Source: an uncultured Gammaproteobacteria bacterium (GTDB taxonomy: Bacteria; Patescibacteriota; Patescibacteriia; Magasanikbacterales; JBBTXJ01). From it: a stretch of 64,000 nucleotides of DNA. A program made the translations under genes and the position numbers. Of this stretch, positions 25,857-36,734 are shown in pieces (position 1 is the first letter of the stretch; each line of letters begins with the position of its first letter). Location of the stretch: NCBI GenBank assembly GCA_964610305.1, contig CAZSVL010000002.1, positions 40,522 through 104,521 on the forward strand, in the 5' to 3' direction. The notes below the pieces were generated by a model. The model saw nothing but the letters and a program-made list of their open reading frames with translations. It searched no databases and had not been told where the DNA came from.

Positions 25857-27998
25857 ATGAAGACGCCCCTATTGGGTATCGCGGTGCTCTTGAGCGCAAG
25901 CGGATGTTTGCAGTTTGAAGACAGGGCTTTTGTGTGCGAGAGTGATGATGACTGCGCGCAGGGAGTATGCGCCAGAGCATCACTGGATGACACGCAGACC
26001 TACTGCTTGGTTAACCCACCTGATTTATCTGAAAGCCAAGAAGGTGAAGGGGAGAAGCCTTCTGAGGGCGAAGGTGATAATCCAGAGCCTCAAGAGGGTG
26101 AAGGCGAGACGCCAAACGGTGAATCTGGAGGCGAGGGTGAGGGTGAGGAGATTGACCCGCCGGATGGTGAAGGAGAGGGCGAGCACGTCATTGGCGAAGG
26201 TGAAGGCGAGCTTGATTCTGGCGAAGGTGAGGGAGAAGATTCGTCTGGAGAGGGAGAAGGCGAGGTAATTGATCCCGGCGAAGGTGAAGGAGAGTTTGAT
26301 CTCGGCGAGGGAGAAGGCGAAGGAGAGGGCGAGGGCGAGCCTGATTGCCTTTTGGATGATCAGTGTATTGCTCATGATCCTTGTACCATAGGCCGTTGTC
26401 TTGCGGGAGAGTGTCGTATTGTTTTAGCAGATGATAACACTCCGTGCAGCGATGACAATGCCTGCACAGCGGCAGACACGTGTCAGGCTGGCAATTGCAT
26501 GCCGGGCGATGCTCTGGATTGTAGTGATTTTGAAGATCAGTGCAATGAGGGAGCGTGCGATCCTGATTCAGAGCAGGAGAATCCCTGCTTTAGCGAGCCG
26601 CGTCTCTCAGACGAACCGCTCGCCTGTCAGAGTGGGCTTTTTTGCGCGGTGGACGGCGTTTGCCTTGATGGTATTTGTGAGGAGCAGCAAAGAGATTGTT
26701 CTGAGTTTAATGGAGCGTGCGCAACGGGCGTGTGCTCTGAAGATCTAGGGCGCTGCCTTGCAGATGGCGCTCCTCATGAGGAAGATTTATGTGATTTGGA
26801 GCAGCCGGCGCAGTGTCATCATGGTGCATGTCAAAATGGGGCCTGCGCGGTAGTCCGGGACCAGAACGGTAGTCAGTGCAGCGATGGAATGTTGTGCACG
26901 GGCGCTGATAGTTGCGAGGACGGCGTTTGCGAAGGGATTGCCATCTCATGCGGTCATCTAAGTGATCAGTGCAATGAGGGAGTTTGCAACTCTGATACGG
27001 GCGCGTGTGAAGCGCGCGCCGTGGATGATGAGACTCAGTGCAATGACGGACTTTTTTGCACGGTGCTGGACCAGTGCAGCGGCGGCATCTGCTCAGGCGC
27101 TGCGCGCGATTGTAGCGTCGCAGATGAGATCTGCTCTATTGGCGTTTGTTCTGAGGAGCAGTCCGAGTGTGTTGCGGATGACGCTTTAGCCAATGCTACG
27201 CCGTGCGACGATCTGGATGTGTGCACGGGCGAGGGAAGCTGCCAAGATGGCGCTTGTCAGCCCGGAGAGGCGCTTAATTGCGACCATGCGGCTGATCAGT
27301 GCAATGCGGCGGTTTGCAATCCTGAATCGCTAGAGGATGATCCGTGTGAAGCTGTTCCTGTAGATGATGACACGCCTTGTACTGACGGCGATGATCTGTG
27401 CACGGTTGAAGACAGCTGCCAGCAAGGTGTCTGCGAAAGCGGAGACGCTCCTGACCGGGATGAAGATGAGCACATAGATGACCGGTGTGGTGGCGACGAC
27501 TGTGATGATGGCGATCAGACCGTTTATCCCGATGCTCCGGAGCTTTGCGACGGAGTTGCTAATAGCTGTGGTGGCCAGGTAGACGTGTTTTATGAGGTGC
27601 CGACACCTTCATGGTCTGAGTGGGGTCCTGTGGATGGTTTTGCGCGTGTTTGGACAGAGGCTGCCCGCGCTGGAAAGGTGTGTGTAGAGACAATTCTAGA
27701 GAATGCACATGCACGCTCTTCTCAAATTGGATTGCCAGAGAATTGTTCTCTTGAGATTTGCGTTGAAATTCAAAACGGTGATGAGGGAGCTGCCATACGT
27801 TTTGATGTTGTTGACTATGGACAAGTATGGCTTCTGGAAGAAGAGGATGGGGAGTTTTGTCAAAGTCTTCCGGACGATTTGCCGAATCCGCTAGAAGTGG
27901 AAATAATTTCGGTTGGTAATGGTGAACGATATATGTGCAACTTCAAAATCCGCTCCACGCTCTCTGCAGAAGGTGAGGGAGAGGGTGAAGGTCTGTAA
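25857..27998 (+). CDS. Cys-rich GE-repeat secreted lipoprotein (more than 15 ~40-aa Cys modules; C-terminal [10 protein letters not shown] motif)
   Basis: AAGGAG RBS before the ATG. Signal ...LLSASGC. Long (GEGE)n acidic linker. Repeated C-x-D-x-N-x-C-T-x-x-D-x-C-x-x-G-x-C modules. Confidence 0.7.
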   Translation: MKTPLLGIAVLLSASGCLQFEDRAFVCESDDDCAQGVCARASLDDTQTYCLVNPPDLSESQEGEGEKPSEGEGDNPEPQEGEGETPNGESGGEGEGEEIDPPDGEGEGEHVIGEGEGELDSGEGEGEDSSGEGEGEVIDPGEGEGEFDLGEGEGEGEGEGEPDCLLDDQCIAHDPCTIGRCLAGECRIVLADDNTPCSDDNACTAADTCQAGNCMPGDALDCSDFEDQCNEGACDPDSEQENPCFSEPRLSDEPLACQSGLFCAVDGVCLDGICEEQQRDCSEFNGACATGVCSEDLGRCLADGAPHEEDLCDLEQPAQCHHGACQNGACAVVRDQNGSQCSDGMLCTGADSCEDGVCEGIAISCGHLSDQCNEGVCNSDTGACEARAVDDETQCNDGLFCTVLDQCSGGICSGAARDCSVADEICSIGVCSEEQSECVADDALANATPCDDLDVCTGEGSCQDGACQPGEALNCDHAADQCNAAVCNPESLEDDPCEAVPVDDDTPCTDGDDLCTVEDSCQQGVCESGDAPDRDEDEHIDDRCGGDDCDDGDQTVYPDAPELCDGVANSCGGQVDVFYEVPTPSWSEWGPVDGFARVWTEAARAGKVCVETILENAHARSSQIGLPENCSLEICVEIQNGDEGAAIRFDVVDYGQVWLLEEEDGEFCQSLPDDLPNPLEVEIISVGNGERYMCNFKIRSTLSAEGEGEGEGL

Positions 27999-28004
27999 AG
28001 TAAT

Positions 28005-28035
28005 GAGGTTACCTCACGCGAGGTAGCCTTTTTTA
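28005..28035 (+). terminator. rho-independent terminator
   Basis: GGTTACCTC-ACGC-GAGGTAGCC (one G-U pair) followed by TTTTTT. Confidence 0.75.
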
Positions 28036-28042
28036 ATACTCC

Positions 28043-28071
28043 TTGACAAAAATGAAAAAGAGTGGTACGGT
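28043..28071 (+). promoter_or_regulatory. promoter TTGACA-17-TGgTACGGT
   Basis: Perfect -35 and extended -10 TG. The -10 hexamer is weak. Confidence 0.45.
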
Positions 28072-28126
28072 TTGGTCAGGGGAAAAGCAAAAAAACGCTA
28101 AAACAAAAGAAAAAAAAGGAGGGGTC

Positions 28127-29719
28127 ATGCGAGTACTCACGGGGACCCTGGCAGCTTTGCTGCTGTGTTCAACCAATGCATTAGCTCAGGATGATCAAGA
28201 TGAGTCCTCAGAGTCACTACAAGAGAGTGAAAGCTCTGACGATGAGCCGCAGAAGATTGGTGTGTTGGTTTTGCCAGCCAACAAGAAGCTTAGAGCCGTG
28301 GCAATGGATCTAGAAGAGCTTTTAGCCATGTCATTTAGCGATAAGACGCCTTTTGCTGTCCTAGATGGTGAACAATTGCGCAAAATTGTTGCGCCAGAGC
28401 AGCCGTTTAAAAAGCAAAGCAAGGCCGTAGAGCAGTGCCTAAAGGATCCAGGCTGCATTGCGCCGCTCATGGTCCAAGAAGACATGATTTTCTGGACCGT
28501 AAGCTACGTGGGTAAGAGTGGTAAAGGTTTGCGTCTGCGGCTCAACCTGTTTGATCTGGATGGTAACGTGATTGCTACCCATGATTCTGGGCGCGTAACG
28601 CAAGAGCAGCTTTACGAGGGCACCTTTTTGACAGCAGAAAAGCTGATTGGAAAGCACCGTGGAACGCTCATTGTAAAGACCCCTAGCGATGCGCATGTCA
28701 TCATCAATGATGATAAGCATCCCAGTGGCGAGCATACGTTGTCATTTCTTGAGCCCGGGCCGTATAAGATTGTGGTAAGCAGCAAAGGGAAGAGACCCTT
28801 TGAGCAAACCGTAGAGCTGAGGGCTTCGGCCCTAGAGACAGTAGAGGTTAAAGCTACCGATCTTAAACCTTGGGTAAGTAAGGCCGTGGCTCAGAAACGC
28901 GATCAAGGCATTGCTTATTTCCGCAAGGACCTCTTTGAGATGGCGGCAAGTACGCTTGCAGAGGCGCGAGCCCTGCCGGGCGGGGATCAGGATAGTAAGT
29001 TGCTTTTCTATCTGGCGCGTAGCTACGTAGATCTCAATGAGCTTGCAAAAGCGTTTGAGTCCGCAGAAGCGGCTACCAAAACGCATGATCCAGAAGGTAA
29101 GTTTGGAAAGCGTGCTGCAGAGTTGTTGAAAAATCTGCGCAAATCATACGGAAGCGTCATCTTTAAGCGTTTGGCTAGCTCCACTGTAAAACAGGGCTAC
29201 ATCTATCTTGATGACATTGCCGGGCTCATTGGAAAGGAAAAGAAAGAGCAGTTTAGAAAACTGCGGAATCGTCTGAAGAGCCAAGCGGTAGATTTGAGCA
29301 CAAGTGGGTACGTATACTTTTTGCCCTACGGCCAGTATCGCGCCAATGGGGTTCCCTTTACGGTAGAGCAGGGAAGTCTGCCAGAGGTAGAGATTCTGCT
29401 AGAGGCCACGCCTCGTGAGCAGGAGTCAAAGGGTCTTTCTGTGCCGGTCATGGTAGCCTCTGGGGCTGGCGCTGCGCTGCTCACGGCATTTGGCATGCAT
29501 TTGATGGCTGTTTCAGAAGCTGAGGATTATGAAACAGCAGGAAATCAAAAGAAGGCTTTTGAGGCGCGCGATTGTGCAGAGTTTTATCAGAAAACAGCCT
29601 TTGTTGGCTACGGTTTAGCCGCCGTCGCTGGAGGTGTTGCTGGATGGCTCTGGTGGCAGGACCAAAGCAGAAGCGTTGTTGCGCTTCCTGGTCAGCTGAT
29701 TTTGCAGGGATCATTTTAG
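28127..29719 (+). CDS. secreted PEGA-domain protein with TPR-like helical region and C-terminal TM segment
   Basis: AAAGGAGGGG RBS before the ATG. Signal ...STNALAQ. PEGA-like block GTLIVKTPSDAHVIINDD...YKIVVSSKGKRPFEQTVEL. Confidence 0.6.
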   Translation: MRVLTGTLAALLLCSTNALAQDDQDESSESLQESESSDDEPQKIGVLVLPANKKLRAVAMDLEELLAMSFSDKTPFAVLDGEQLRKIVAPEQPFKKQSKAVEQCLKDPGCIAPLMVQEDMIFWTVSYVGKSGKGLRLRLNLFDLDGNVIATHDSGRVTQEQLYEGTFLTAEKLIGKHRGTLIVKTPSDAHVIINDDKHPSGEHTLSFLEPGPYKIVVSSKGKRPFEQTVELRASALETVEVKATDLKPWVSKAVAQKRDQGIAYFRKDLFEMAASTLAEARALPGGDQDSKLLFYLARSYVDLNELAKAFESAEAATKTHDPEGKFGKRAAELLKNLRKSYGSVIFKRLASSTVKQGYIYLDDIAGLIGKEKKEQFRKLRNRLKSQAVDLSTSGYVYFLPYGQYRANGVPFTVEQGSLPEVEILLEATPREQESKGLSVPVMVASGAGAALLTAFGMHLMAVSEAEDYETAGNQKKAFEARDCAEFYQKTAFVGYGLAAVAGGVAGWLWWQDQSRSVVALPGQLILQGSF

Positions 29720-29776
29720 TAAAGTAGTCGTCTGTTTTGTGCAGGCGGCTTTTTGTTTTGGTCGAGCTTTGCTACT

Positions 29777-32038
29777 ATGGGAGCCATGAGTAGAAATCTA
29801 CCAATAAAACAGCGGATAGTACAAGCTTTACTGCTCCTTGTGTTGGCTACGCCACTTGTCATGTTGCCAAGTACATTTTATTTCCCTTTTTCTACCACAA
29901 AGGCTTGGTTTTTTAGAGCTGTCATTCTTGCGACCCTTTTTGCTTGTGTATTTTTTTCTAAAGACTTGCGCGCCATCAAGCCAAAAAATAATCTGGTGGC
30001 ATTTGCCGTTTTATTTTTTTTGTTAATTTACGCTGTAACCACCGCTACGAGCATAGATGTGCATAGATCTTTCTGGGGGAATTACGAGAGGATGATGGGT
30101 CTTGTTACTATGATATATTTTGTGGTTTATTTCTTTTTATTGAGAACCTTCTTTTTTGATAAACAATCGTGGCGCTGGTTTTGGGGTATTTTTGGTGGTG
30201 TTGGTATTGTGGTTTTTTTGCTTGGTTTGTATCAAAGCTACAATCCTGACTTTTTGATTGGTAGGCAATTTGGTGGAAACCACGGATACCGTGAAAACAT
30301 TACGCTCGGCAATCCGCTTTATGTTGGGCAATATAGCGTGTATCTCCTTTTTTTGGGCTTGTATTGGCTTAAAGATACATTTGATAGATGGCGCATAGAT
30401 AAATCACGTGTTAAAGAGCTGTGGTTTTGGGGGGCCGCAGTGTTCTCTAGTCTTGGTTTGTTATATTTGTCTCAAACAAGAAGTTCGTTTGTTGGACTAG
30501 TAATGGCGGTTTTTTGTGGCTGCGCTTTGATGGCTTTGCTTCATCAAAAAAAGAGGGATAGGCGCATCTATTTGATTGCTTTTGTTCTTATGAGTTTGGT
30601 GGCTGCTTTTATTTTAAGTCCTCTGAGTCAATCGGTGACCGCTCATCTGGGAAAAGTAAATCGGTTTACCGACTTAAATTTTTTGTCCTCTTCAAACATC
30701 AATCGTATACATGCATGGAAGACGGCCGCAACAGCATGGAAAGACCGCGCTTTTCTAGGTTGGGGTCCTGGCACTTTTTCTATTGCTTATAATCAGTATT
30801 TTGATAGTAGGCGATTAATTAAACGAGACTTTACCGACACGTGGTTTGACAGCTCTCATAATCAATACCTAGACGCGCTATCAGAGCAAGGTGTTTTGGG
30901 GTTTGTTGCGCTGCTTTTTTTGTATGCAAGTGTGCTGATAGGACTTATGGTTGCTTGCCGAAGAGGACATATCAAGCTCATTGATATGATGATGCTTGTG
31001 GGACTGTTGATAACGGTGGGTGTTACTAATATATTTGTTTTTGAACAAGTTACTTCATATTTCAGTCTTTTTTCTTTTTTGGCATTTGTTAGTTTTATTA
31101 TAGATGGACAAAAAAATGACTTCGTTCTTAATCGTTCCTCAGTGCCGATCCGCGGGGCACTTCTTTACGGATCAGTTATAATTTTGTCAGTGGTCTCGTT
31201 TTACACCGTGATAATACCTGCGCGTGCAAACGCTACGGTACTCTCCTCACTTCTGCAAGTGGTACGCACAGGATCTGTTGAAGACCTCTTGCTCTCAGCG
31301 GAGCAGGCAACGCGTAGCGGCTTTGCTCACCATGAGCATAACTATTCAAAATTAGCAGAGCTTTTACTCAAGACGGCCTACATACCGCAGGAGCATCTGC
31401 AGCCCATGATTTCGCTTTACCGCTTCACTATTGAAGGGTTGCAAGAGCAAATGAAAAAACACCCAAGAGATGTATCTTTGCCTATGCTGATAGCGCCCGT
31501 CTTGCATGATGCTTATAGGGTGGCGCCGGCTCTATTTCCGCGTGGCAGAGAGCGCGGCGATCAATATTTTGTTAAGGCTTCTGAGCTTTCTCCCAATCGG
31601 CAAGAGATATTGGCCTATTGGGGTAATCAGATTATGCAGTCAGGCAATTTAAAGGATGCGCGGGAGCCGTATGTAAGAGCGCTGGCGATGGCTCCAAGCT
31701 CTCCAATTTCATTTAATTTGTATGCGGATTATGTAATGGCAATAGAAGAAAATCCCAGCAAGGCACTTCATTTATATGAGTGGGGGATTAAAGAACGTTT
31801 GGTAGACATAAACAGTAAACGCTTGGTGGACATGGTGCGAGCTGTTCAGAGCGCTCATGGTAAGCAGCAGGCTTTAGAGCGGCTTGATGTGTTGATCTAT
31901 TGCTTTACACATGGTGGTGATAGGTCGGACTGTGGCGTTTATGGGCGCACAGACCCTGTTTATGGGCGCATAGATCCGATTCCTTCTTTTATGGGCCCGC
32001 TTTACGACCTAAGAGAAGAATTAGTGAGCAGCACTTGA
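29777..32038 (+). CDS. O-antigen-ligase-like membrane protein with C-terminal TPR-like domain (paralog 1 of 3 tandem)
   Basis: Wzy_C-type core (LSQTRSSFVGLVMAV) plus a helical C-terminal domain. The start is ambiguous (29753-29786). Confidence 0.6.
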   Translation: MGAMSRNLPIKQRIVQALLLLVLATPLVMLPSTFYFPFSTTKAWFFRAVILATLFACVFFSKDLRAIKPKNNLVAFAVLFFLLIYAVTTATSIDVHRSFWGNYERMMGLVTMIYFVVYFFLLRTFFFDKQSWRWFWGIFGGVGIVVFLLGLYQSYNPDFLIGRQFGGNHGYRENITLGNPLYVGQYSVYLLFLGLYWLKDTFDRWRIDKSRVKELWFWGAAVFSSLGLLYLSQTRSSFVGLVMAVFCGCALMALLHQKKRDRRIYLIAFVLMSLVAAFILSPLSQSVTAHLGKVNRFTDLNFLSSSNINRIHAWKTAATAWKDRAFLGWGPGTFSIAYNQYFDSRRLIKRDFTDTWFDSSHNQYLDALSEQGVLGFVALLFLYASVLIGLMVACRRGHIKLIDMMMLVGLLITVGVTNIFVFEQVTSYFSLFSFLAFVSFIIDGQKNDFVLNRSSVPIRGALLYGSVIILSVVSFYTVIIPARANATVLSSLLQVVRTGSVEDLLLSAEQATRSGFAHHEHNYSKLAELLLKTAYIPQEHLQPMISLYRFTIEGLQEQMKKHPRDVSLPMLIAPVLHDAYRVAPALFPRGRERGDQYFVKASELSPNRQEILAYWGNQIMQSGNLKDAREPYVRALAMAPSSPISFNLYADYVMAIEENPSKALHLYEWGIKERLVDINSKRLVDMVRAVQSAHGKQQALERLDVLIYCFTHGGDRSDCGVYGRTDPVYGRIDPIPSFMGPLYDLREELVSST

Positions 32039-32079
32039 TATTTTTGTAGGGGCGCGCTACTATAGCAGCCACTGCTTTT

Positions 32080-34392
32080 ATGACAATTTTGCCACAACGT
32101 CATGTAAAAAAGTTGGTGCGTCTTGCTCAGGCGCTTGTTTTGTTGTCCATGACTATGGTTTTATTTGTAGCTCTTGAGCAGGTTGTATTTCCTTTTGTGG
32201 TCACAAAAATTTGGATTTTTCAGGCTTTTGTTGCGGCGGCTTTTGGTCTTTATTTGATAATTCTTTTATTTGATAGGAAATATTTGCCAAAAATCAGCGT
32301 ACTTTCTGGGGCGATAGCCTTTTTTTTGGTGGCAACGCTTATTAGTTCCTTTTCTGGCGTTGATTCTACCAGATCGCTCTGGTCTGTGCATGAGCGAATG
32401 CTGGGCTGGTTTAATGTAGCGCATTTTGCGGCTTTTTACGTTTTGATTATTGGTTTGTTTAGAACAAAAAAGGAGCGCATGTTTTTGGTGATGTGGTTTT
32501 TGCTTTTGAGCATCCCCAACAGCATAACGGTTATGATTCAAAAGCGTGTTCCCGGATTTTTGCTGAGCGATTCTAATCGTCCTGTGGGGCTTTTGGGGAA
32601 CGCCATTTACGTTTCTTTTTTTGGGGTTTATGTGATGTCATTTGCGCTGCTGGTATCACGTTTTTGTGTTGAAAAATTTAAAGCAAGTAAGCAGTACGCA
32701 ACGCGGCTTATTACTTATGGTTGGTTTAGTGGGATCGTGGTTTGTGCAGTAGCCGCTCTTTTGGCGGGGATAGCAACTGGTTTGTCAAACAGCAGAAGTG
32801 CGATGCTTGGCTTGATGGCCATGCTTATTTGGGCGAGCATAGTTGTGGCGATTGCAGCCTCTGCAAGGCGTGTAAGAAAAAAAGCCATCATGTTTTTGTT
32901 GGTAGTAGCGATGGGTGTAAGTGTTGTGGTGATTGGCAACAAGAGTCCACTGCTAGAAAAGGCTCCGCTTGTGGGAAGATTTGCAAACTTTTCGCTTATG
33001 AGCGGCTCAAATGATAATCGTTTATTTGCGTGGGAGGTGGGGTTGAAAGGATTTGCCGAAAGACCATGGTTTGGCTGGGGGATCTACAACTATAGTTCTG
33101 TTTTTAACAAATACTATGAGGGTCGTCGGCTTCAATCAGACAATTATGCAGAAACCTGGTTTGATAATGCTCACAATTTTTATATTGATACGCTTGTAAC
33201 GGGCGGTATTATTGGTTTGTTGGGTTATTTAAGCATGTATGTTGCGGCACTTTATTTGTGCTATTGGGGGTGGAAGAAAAATCGCCTTTCTTTTTTTGAA
33301 ACAACGCTGCTTAGTTCTTTGGTTGTGTTTCATGCGGTGCAGAATATTTTTGTCTTTGAACACATAGTTTCATATTTGAGTTTCTTTTTGCTGCTTGCTT
33401 TTATAGCAGGTGGTACCGGAAAAGTGCGGAATTATAGGAGAGGAGAAATCAATGTGTTTGTGGTTGTTCTAGCCGCTGTGTTGGTTGTGATTAGTACAGG
33501 TTTTGTTATATACAGGGCTAATATTGTCCAGTATCAAGCAAATAGGTATATGTATACTGGTTTGCATACGCTCTATGCTACCGGCAAAGCTGGCTTGTGG
33601 TTTTCCGATTTCAATAAGGCTTTGGCGCTTCCTACGCCTCACAGAGCACATATTATTGAAGAGATGGCTCGTTCTATTTTAGGTGCCAATATTCCACCAG
33701 AATTGGTTAATGATAGGCTCAGAGAAATGGGGGGATACATCATCAAGGAATTGGAAAATAATACTGCAGAACATGAGTATGATGTGATTAATCGCATGAT
33801 GCTTGCTGAGATGTGGTTTTTTATGGGCCGACTATTCCCTAATGAATATCCGGATGCCTTTGAGTTGGGAGATCAATATTTTACGGCAGCTATAGCTCAG
33901 TCACCACAGCGTCAACAGCTTTTGATTAATTGGGCCAGTCATCTTGCGCGCATTGGTATGTGGGATAAAAGCAGAGATGTTATGCTTCGTGCTCGTTCAT
34001 TTTCTCCCAAGGTTGGTGTAGTTGCCGAGGCGTATCAGGCCTATTTAGAAAGAACAAACCAAAAAATGACGGCATTAAGACACAAAGCTGTGCTTTTGGA
34101 TTTTCACCGAGGATCGTTTAAGGAGTACGAAGAGAATGCCATTGATTATCATAATTTTGTAGATAAAGAGAAAGGTGCTCGCAGGTTGGCGAATTTTATT
34201 GCGTGTACAGATCAGATTGTTCCCGCACAGTGTCCACCAGTTCAGCGCCGCGAGGTAATGGTAATTGTTCCTCGTGTTGAAACATTTGATATTGTAATTA
34301 ATTACTATAAGCAGTTAGATCCAGAGAATCTAGAGCCATTCCAGAGTGCTAAGCTGTTTTATTATCCAGCAGAGGAGTCTCATGAATCATAA
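32080..34392 (+). CDS. O-antigen-ligase-like membrane protein with C-terminal helical domain (paralog 2)
   Basis: Same architecture (SNSRSAMLGLMAM), ending ...ETWFDNAHNFYIDTL. Confidence 0.6.
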   Translation: MTILPQRHVKKLVRLAQALVLLSMTMVLFVALEQVVFPFVVTKIWIFQAFVAAAFGLYLIILLFDRKYLPKISVLSGAIAFFLVATLISSFSGVDSTRSLWSVHERMLGWFNVAHFAAFYVLIIGLFRTKKERMFLVMWFLLLSIPNSITVMIQKRVPGFLLSDSNRPVGLLGNAIYVSFFGVYVMSFALLVSRFCVEKFKASKQYATRLITYGWFSGIVVCAVAALLAGIATGLSNSRSAMLGLMAMLIWASIVVAIAASARRVRKKAIMFLLVVAMGVSVVVIGNKSPLLEKAPLVGRFANFSLMSGSNDNRLFAWEVGLKGFAERPWFGWGIYNYSSVFNKYYEGRRLQSDNYAETWFDNAHNFYIDTLVTGGIIGLLGYLSMYVAALYLCYWGWKKNRLSFFETTLLSSLVVFHAVQNIFVFEHIVSYLSFFLLLAFIAGGTGKVRNYRRGEINVFVVVLAAVLVVISTGFVIYRANIVQYQANRYMYTGLHTLYATGKAGLWFSDFNKALALPTPHRAHIIEEMARSILGANIPPELVNDRLREMGGYIIKELENNTAEHEYDVINRMMLAEMWFFMGRLFPNEYPDAFELGDQYFTAAIAQSPQRQQLLINWASHLARIGMWDKSRDVMLRARSFSPKVGVVAEAYQAYLERTNQKMTALRHKAVLLDFHRGSFKEYEENAIDYHNFVDKEKGARRLANFIACTDQIVPAQCPPVQRREVMVIVPRVETFDIVINYYKQLDPENLEPFQSAKLFYYPAEESHES

Positions 34393-36703
34393 TTTAGAAC
34401 AATTTTTACAAAAGATAGGGCAGGGCGCACTTTATGGTGCTGCGCTTGTTCCTGCTATTATTGCTACCTCTGGGTTTGTTTTTCCCTTTATTACACCTAA
34501 GGTTTTTGTGGTGCAAGCGATGGCAATGGTAGTTCTGGTTGTCTGGATGATTTTATATCTGTATGAGCCAAAGAGATACGCACCTAAAAAGTCCTGGATA
34601 TTTTTGACGTTGGCAGCGTGGGTCTTGTGGCTATTTATTAGCGCTATCTATGGCGTGGATTTTTATAGATCTATCTGGAGCGATCAGGAGCGCATGTTTG
34701 GTATATTCACGGTTGCCAGTTTTTTTGTGCTTGCGTTGGGTTCTAGCGTTTTTTTAAGAGAAAAGAAGGATTGGGGTGGTTTAGCTAAAGCCCTCTTACT
34801 ATCAGGAGCCGTTGTCATGATTGGGGGTGTATATCAACTTATTGATCCGACGGTTTTGGCTGGTGATGGTGGAAGAATTGAGAGTACAACCGGTAATGCA
34901 ACCTATTTGGCTTTTTACGCTGTGTTTATTTTTATACTGTCAATTTTTGTATGGGCTAAGAGGGCGGCTCTCAACGGTTCAAAAGAGATGCTGCTGCGGG
35001 GTGTATTAGCGGCTTTAATGGTTTTATCGGTCGTTAATTTTTTTGGAGCAGCGGCACGTGGTGTAGCTCTTGGATTAGCGGCAGCATTCATATGGGTTGT
35101 GGTAATAGCTGCGGCAATAGGTAGCAGTAAAAAAGTCAGGAACTATGCGCTTGGGGTGATGCTTCTTATGGTAGGCTTTTCAGCGCTATTAGTATTTGGT
35201 GGTAATACGCGACTGGTGCAGTCAGTGTCTCTGCTAAATCGTATTTCTGATTTTTCTATCTCAGGAACTGTAGAAACGCGACTGCGCACATGGGATAGCG
35301 CGTTTGCTGCAACGGCGGAAAAACCCCTCTTTGGGTGGGGGTGGTCAAATTTTGCTGCCGCATATGATAAGCACTATAATCCTGATCAGCTTAAACACGG
35401 TTATGGAGAAACGTGGTTTGATAATGCGCACAATACGGTCATTGAGGTGTTAACCACAAGCGGTGTTCCGGGCGCACTGCTTTATTTGATGATGTGGGTT
35501 GCCTTAATGGGATCACTCTTTGTCTTGTATAAGAAAGGGCGGCTGACAACGACAGAATATGCGATTTTGAGTGCCTACGTTGTCTTCCATTTTGTTCAAT
35601 CGTTATTTGTTTTTGACCATCCGCTGTCTTATCTGGCGCTGTTTTATGTGTTGGGCTATGTGGCTTATTTGGAGGCGGGGCAGCGTACCATATTTTCTCA
35701 AGGGTTGCGTTTAAAAGGCAACACAAAAAGAACGGTATCGGTGGCGCTTGTTCTTTTGGGAATCGTGATGCTTAATGTGACCGTTGTAAGAGCGGTGCGT
35801 GCCAATCGGCTTGAATCTGATTCACATGAGGCATTGGCTCTGCAGCGAGATATAGGCCTATGGCATGAATTAACCAAGCAAGCGGTAGAGGTTAGCGGAC
35901 CATACTCAAGTCATATTATTTTAAACGCCGGAAAGGCGCTTCAGGAATTGCCGCTTGTGGCTCTTCCGCGCACGCAAGATTTAGCACTCATTTATGAAGA
36001 CATGATCGGGCGCGTGGAGCGGAATATGGCCAAGCACCCACACTTTATCACCCACAAGCTGCTTTATGTGAGTCTTTTGGCCAATCAAGTGCTTCTGTTT
36101 GAGGAAACAAAAGAGGCTTCTGCGGCTCTGGCGCTCAGGGTGGCAGAGGATGCACGTGAACTATCGCCGCTTAGGCAGCAGATGTTCTATACGTTGATCC
36201 AGAGCTATATGGATGCTGATCGGTTTCAAAAAGCTCTTCCTCATATTGGCATGCTCCGTTCATCCTCTCTTTTGCGTGCCGATGTGCACAGGGTAATTGG
36301 CGGCTTTTACCTCTTGGCAGGTCAACACAAAGAAGCTATAGATTCATATGAGATGGCCATACGAGTTCATGGATCTCCTTTGGCCGTGGTTGGTGCTGGT
36401 GATAATGTGGAGTTATTGGAAGAATACGGGCTATTGCAGATAGAGCACGGAAATCCTATGCGAGGTGTGTGGTTTTTGGACAGCATTGCTTCGTGCCGAC
36501 AGTCTGATATAGATTGGGTTCCTTGTTTGTGGGGAAGCAGCGATATGGCCGCATTGTTTGTGCCAAGTAGGAAAGCGCTAGCAGCTGCTTTGATTTATTA
36601 TAGACAAGCGGGAAGAGATGATAGGGTTGCTGCATATACCACTTATACAGAGCGTTTTTATCAGGGACTGCAGCTGCAGCAGATTCTAGAGGCTACTCCT
36701 TGA
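34382..36703 (+). CDS. O-antigen-ligase-like membrane protein with C-terminal TPR-like domain (paralog 3)
   Basis: Overlaps the upstream stop by 11 nt. Conserved ...GETWFDNAHNTVIEVL block shared by all three paralogs. Confidence 0.6.
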   Translation: MNHNLEQFLQKIGQGALYGAALVPAIIATSGFVFPFITPKVFVVQAMAMVVLVVWMILYLYEPKRYAPKKSWIFLTLAAWVLWLFISAIYGVDFYRSIWSDQERMFGIFTVASFFVLALGSSVFLREKKDWGGLAKALLLSGAVVMIGGVYQLIDPTVLAGDGGRIESTTGNATYLAFYAVFIFILSIFVWAKRAALNGSKEMLLRGVLAALMVLSVVNFFGAAARGVALGLAAAFIWVVVIAAAIGSSKKVRNYALGVMLLMVGFSALLVFGGNTRLVQSVSLLNRISDFSISGTVETRLRTWDSAFAATAEKPLFGWGWSNFAAAYDKHYNPDQLKHGYGETWFDNAHNTVIEVLTTSGVPGALLYLMMWVALMGSLFVLYKKGRLTTTEYAILSAYVVFHFVQSLFVFDHPLSYLALFYVLGYVAYLEAGQRTIFSQGLRLKGNTKRTVSVALVLLGIVMLNVTVVRAVRANRLESDSHEALALQRDIGLWHELTKQAVEVSGPYSSHIILNAGKALQELPLVALPRTQDLALIYEDMIGRVERNMAKHPHFITHKLLYVSLLANQVLLFEETKEASAALALRVAEDARELSPLRQQMFYTLIQSYMDADRFQKALPHIGMLRSSSLLRADVHRVIGGFYLLAGQHKEAIDSYEMAIRVHGSPLAVVGAGDNVELLEEYGLLQIEHGNPMRGVWFLDSIASCRQSDIDWVPCLWGSSDMAALFVPSRKALAAALIYYRQAGRDDRVAAYTTYTERFYQGLQLQQILEATP

Positions 36704-36734
36704 TTTTTTAGGGTGGTTTTGTTAGGGTTGGTCC

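Noticed and set aside
25915-26375. ORFs 25915-26268(+) and 26025-26375(-) within the GE-repeat region
   Set aside because: Frame artefacts of the GAAGGTGAGGG repeats. The sense frame encodes the (GEGE)n linker, which is continuous with the Cys modules.
25857-27998. Second GC-rich island around the GE-repeat gene
   Set aside because: Spot GC counts outside the GE linker (for example 26401-26460, about 47%) are not clearly elevated. Only the 8422-12239 block looks compositionally distinct by eye.
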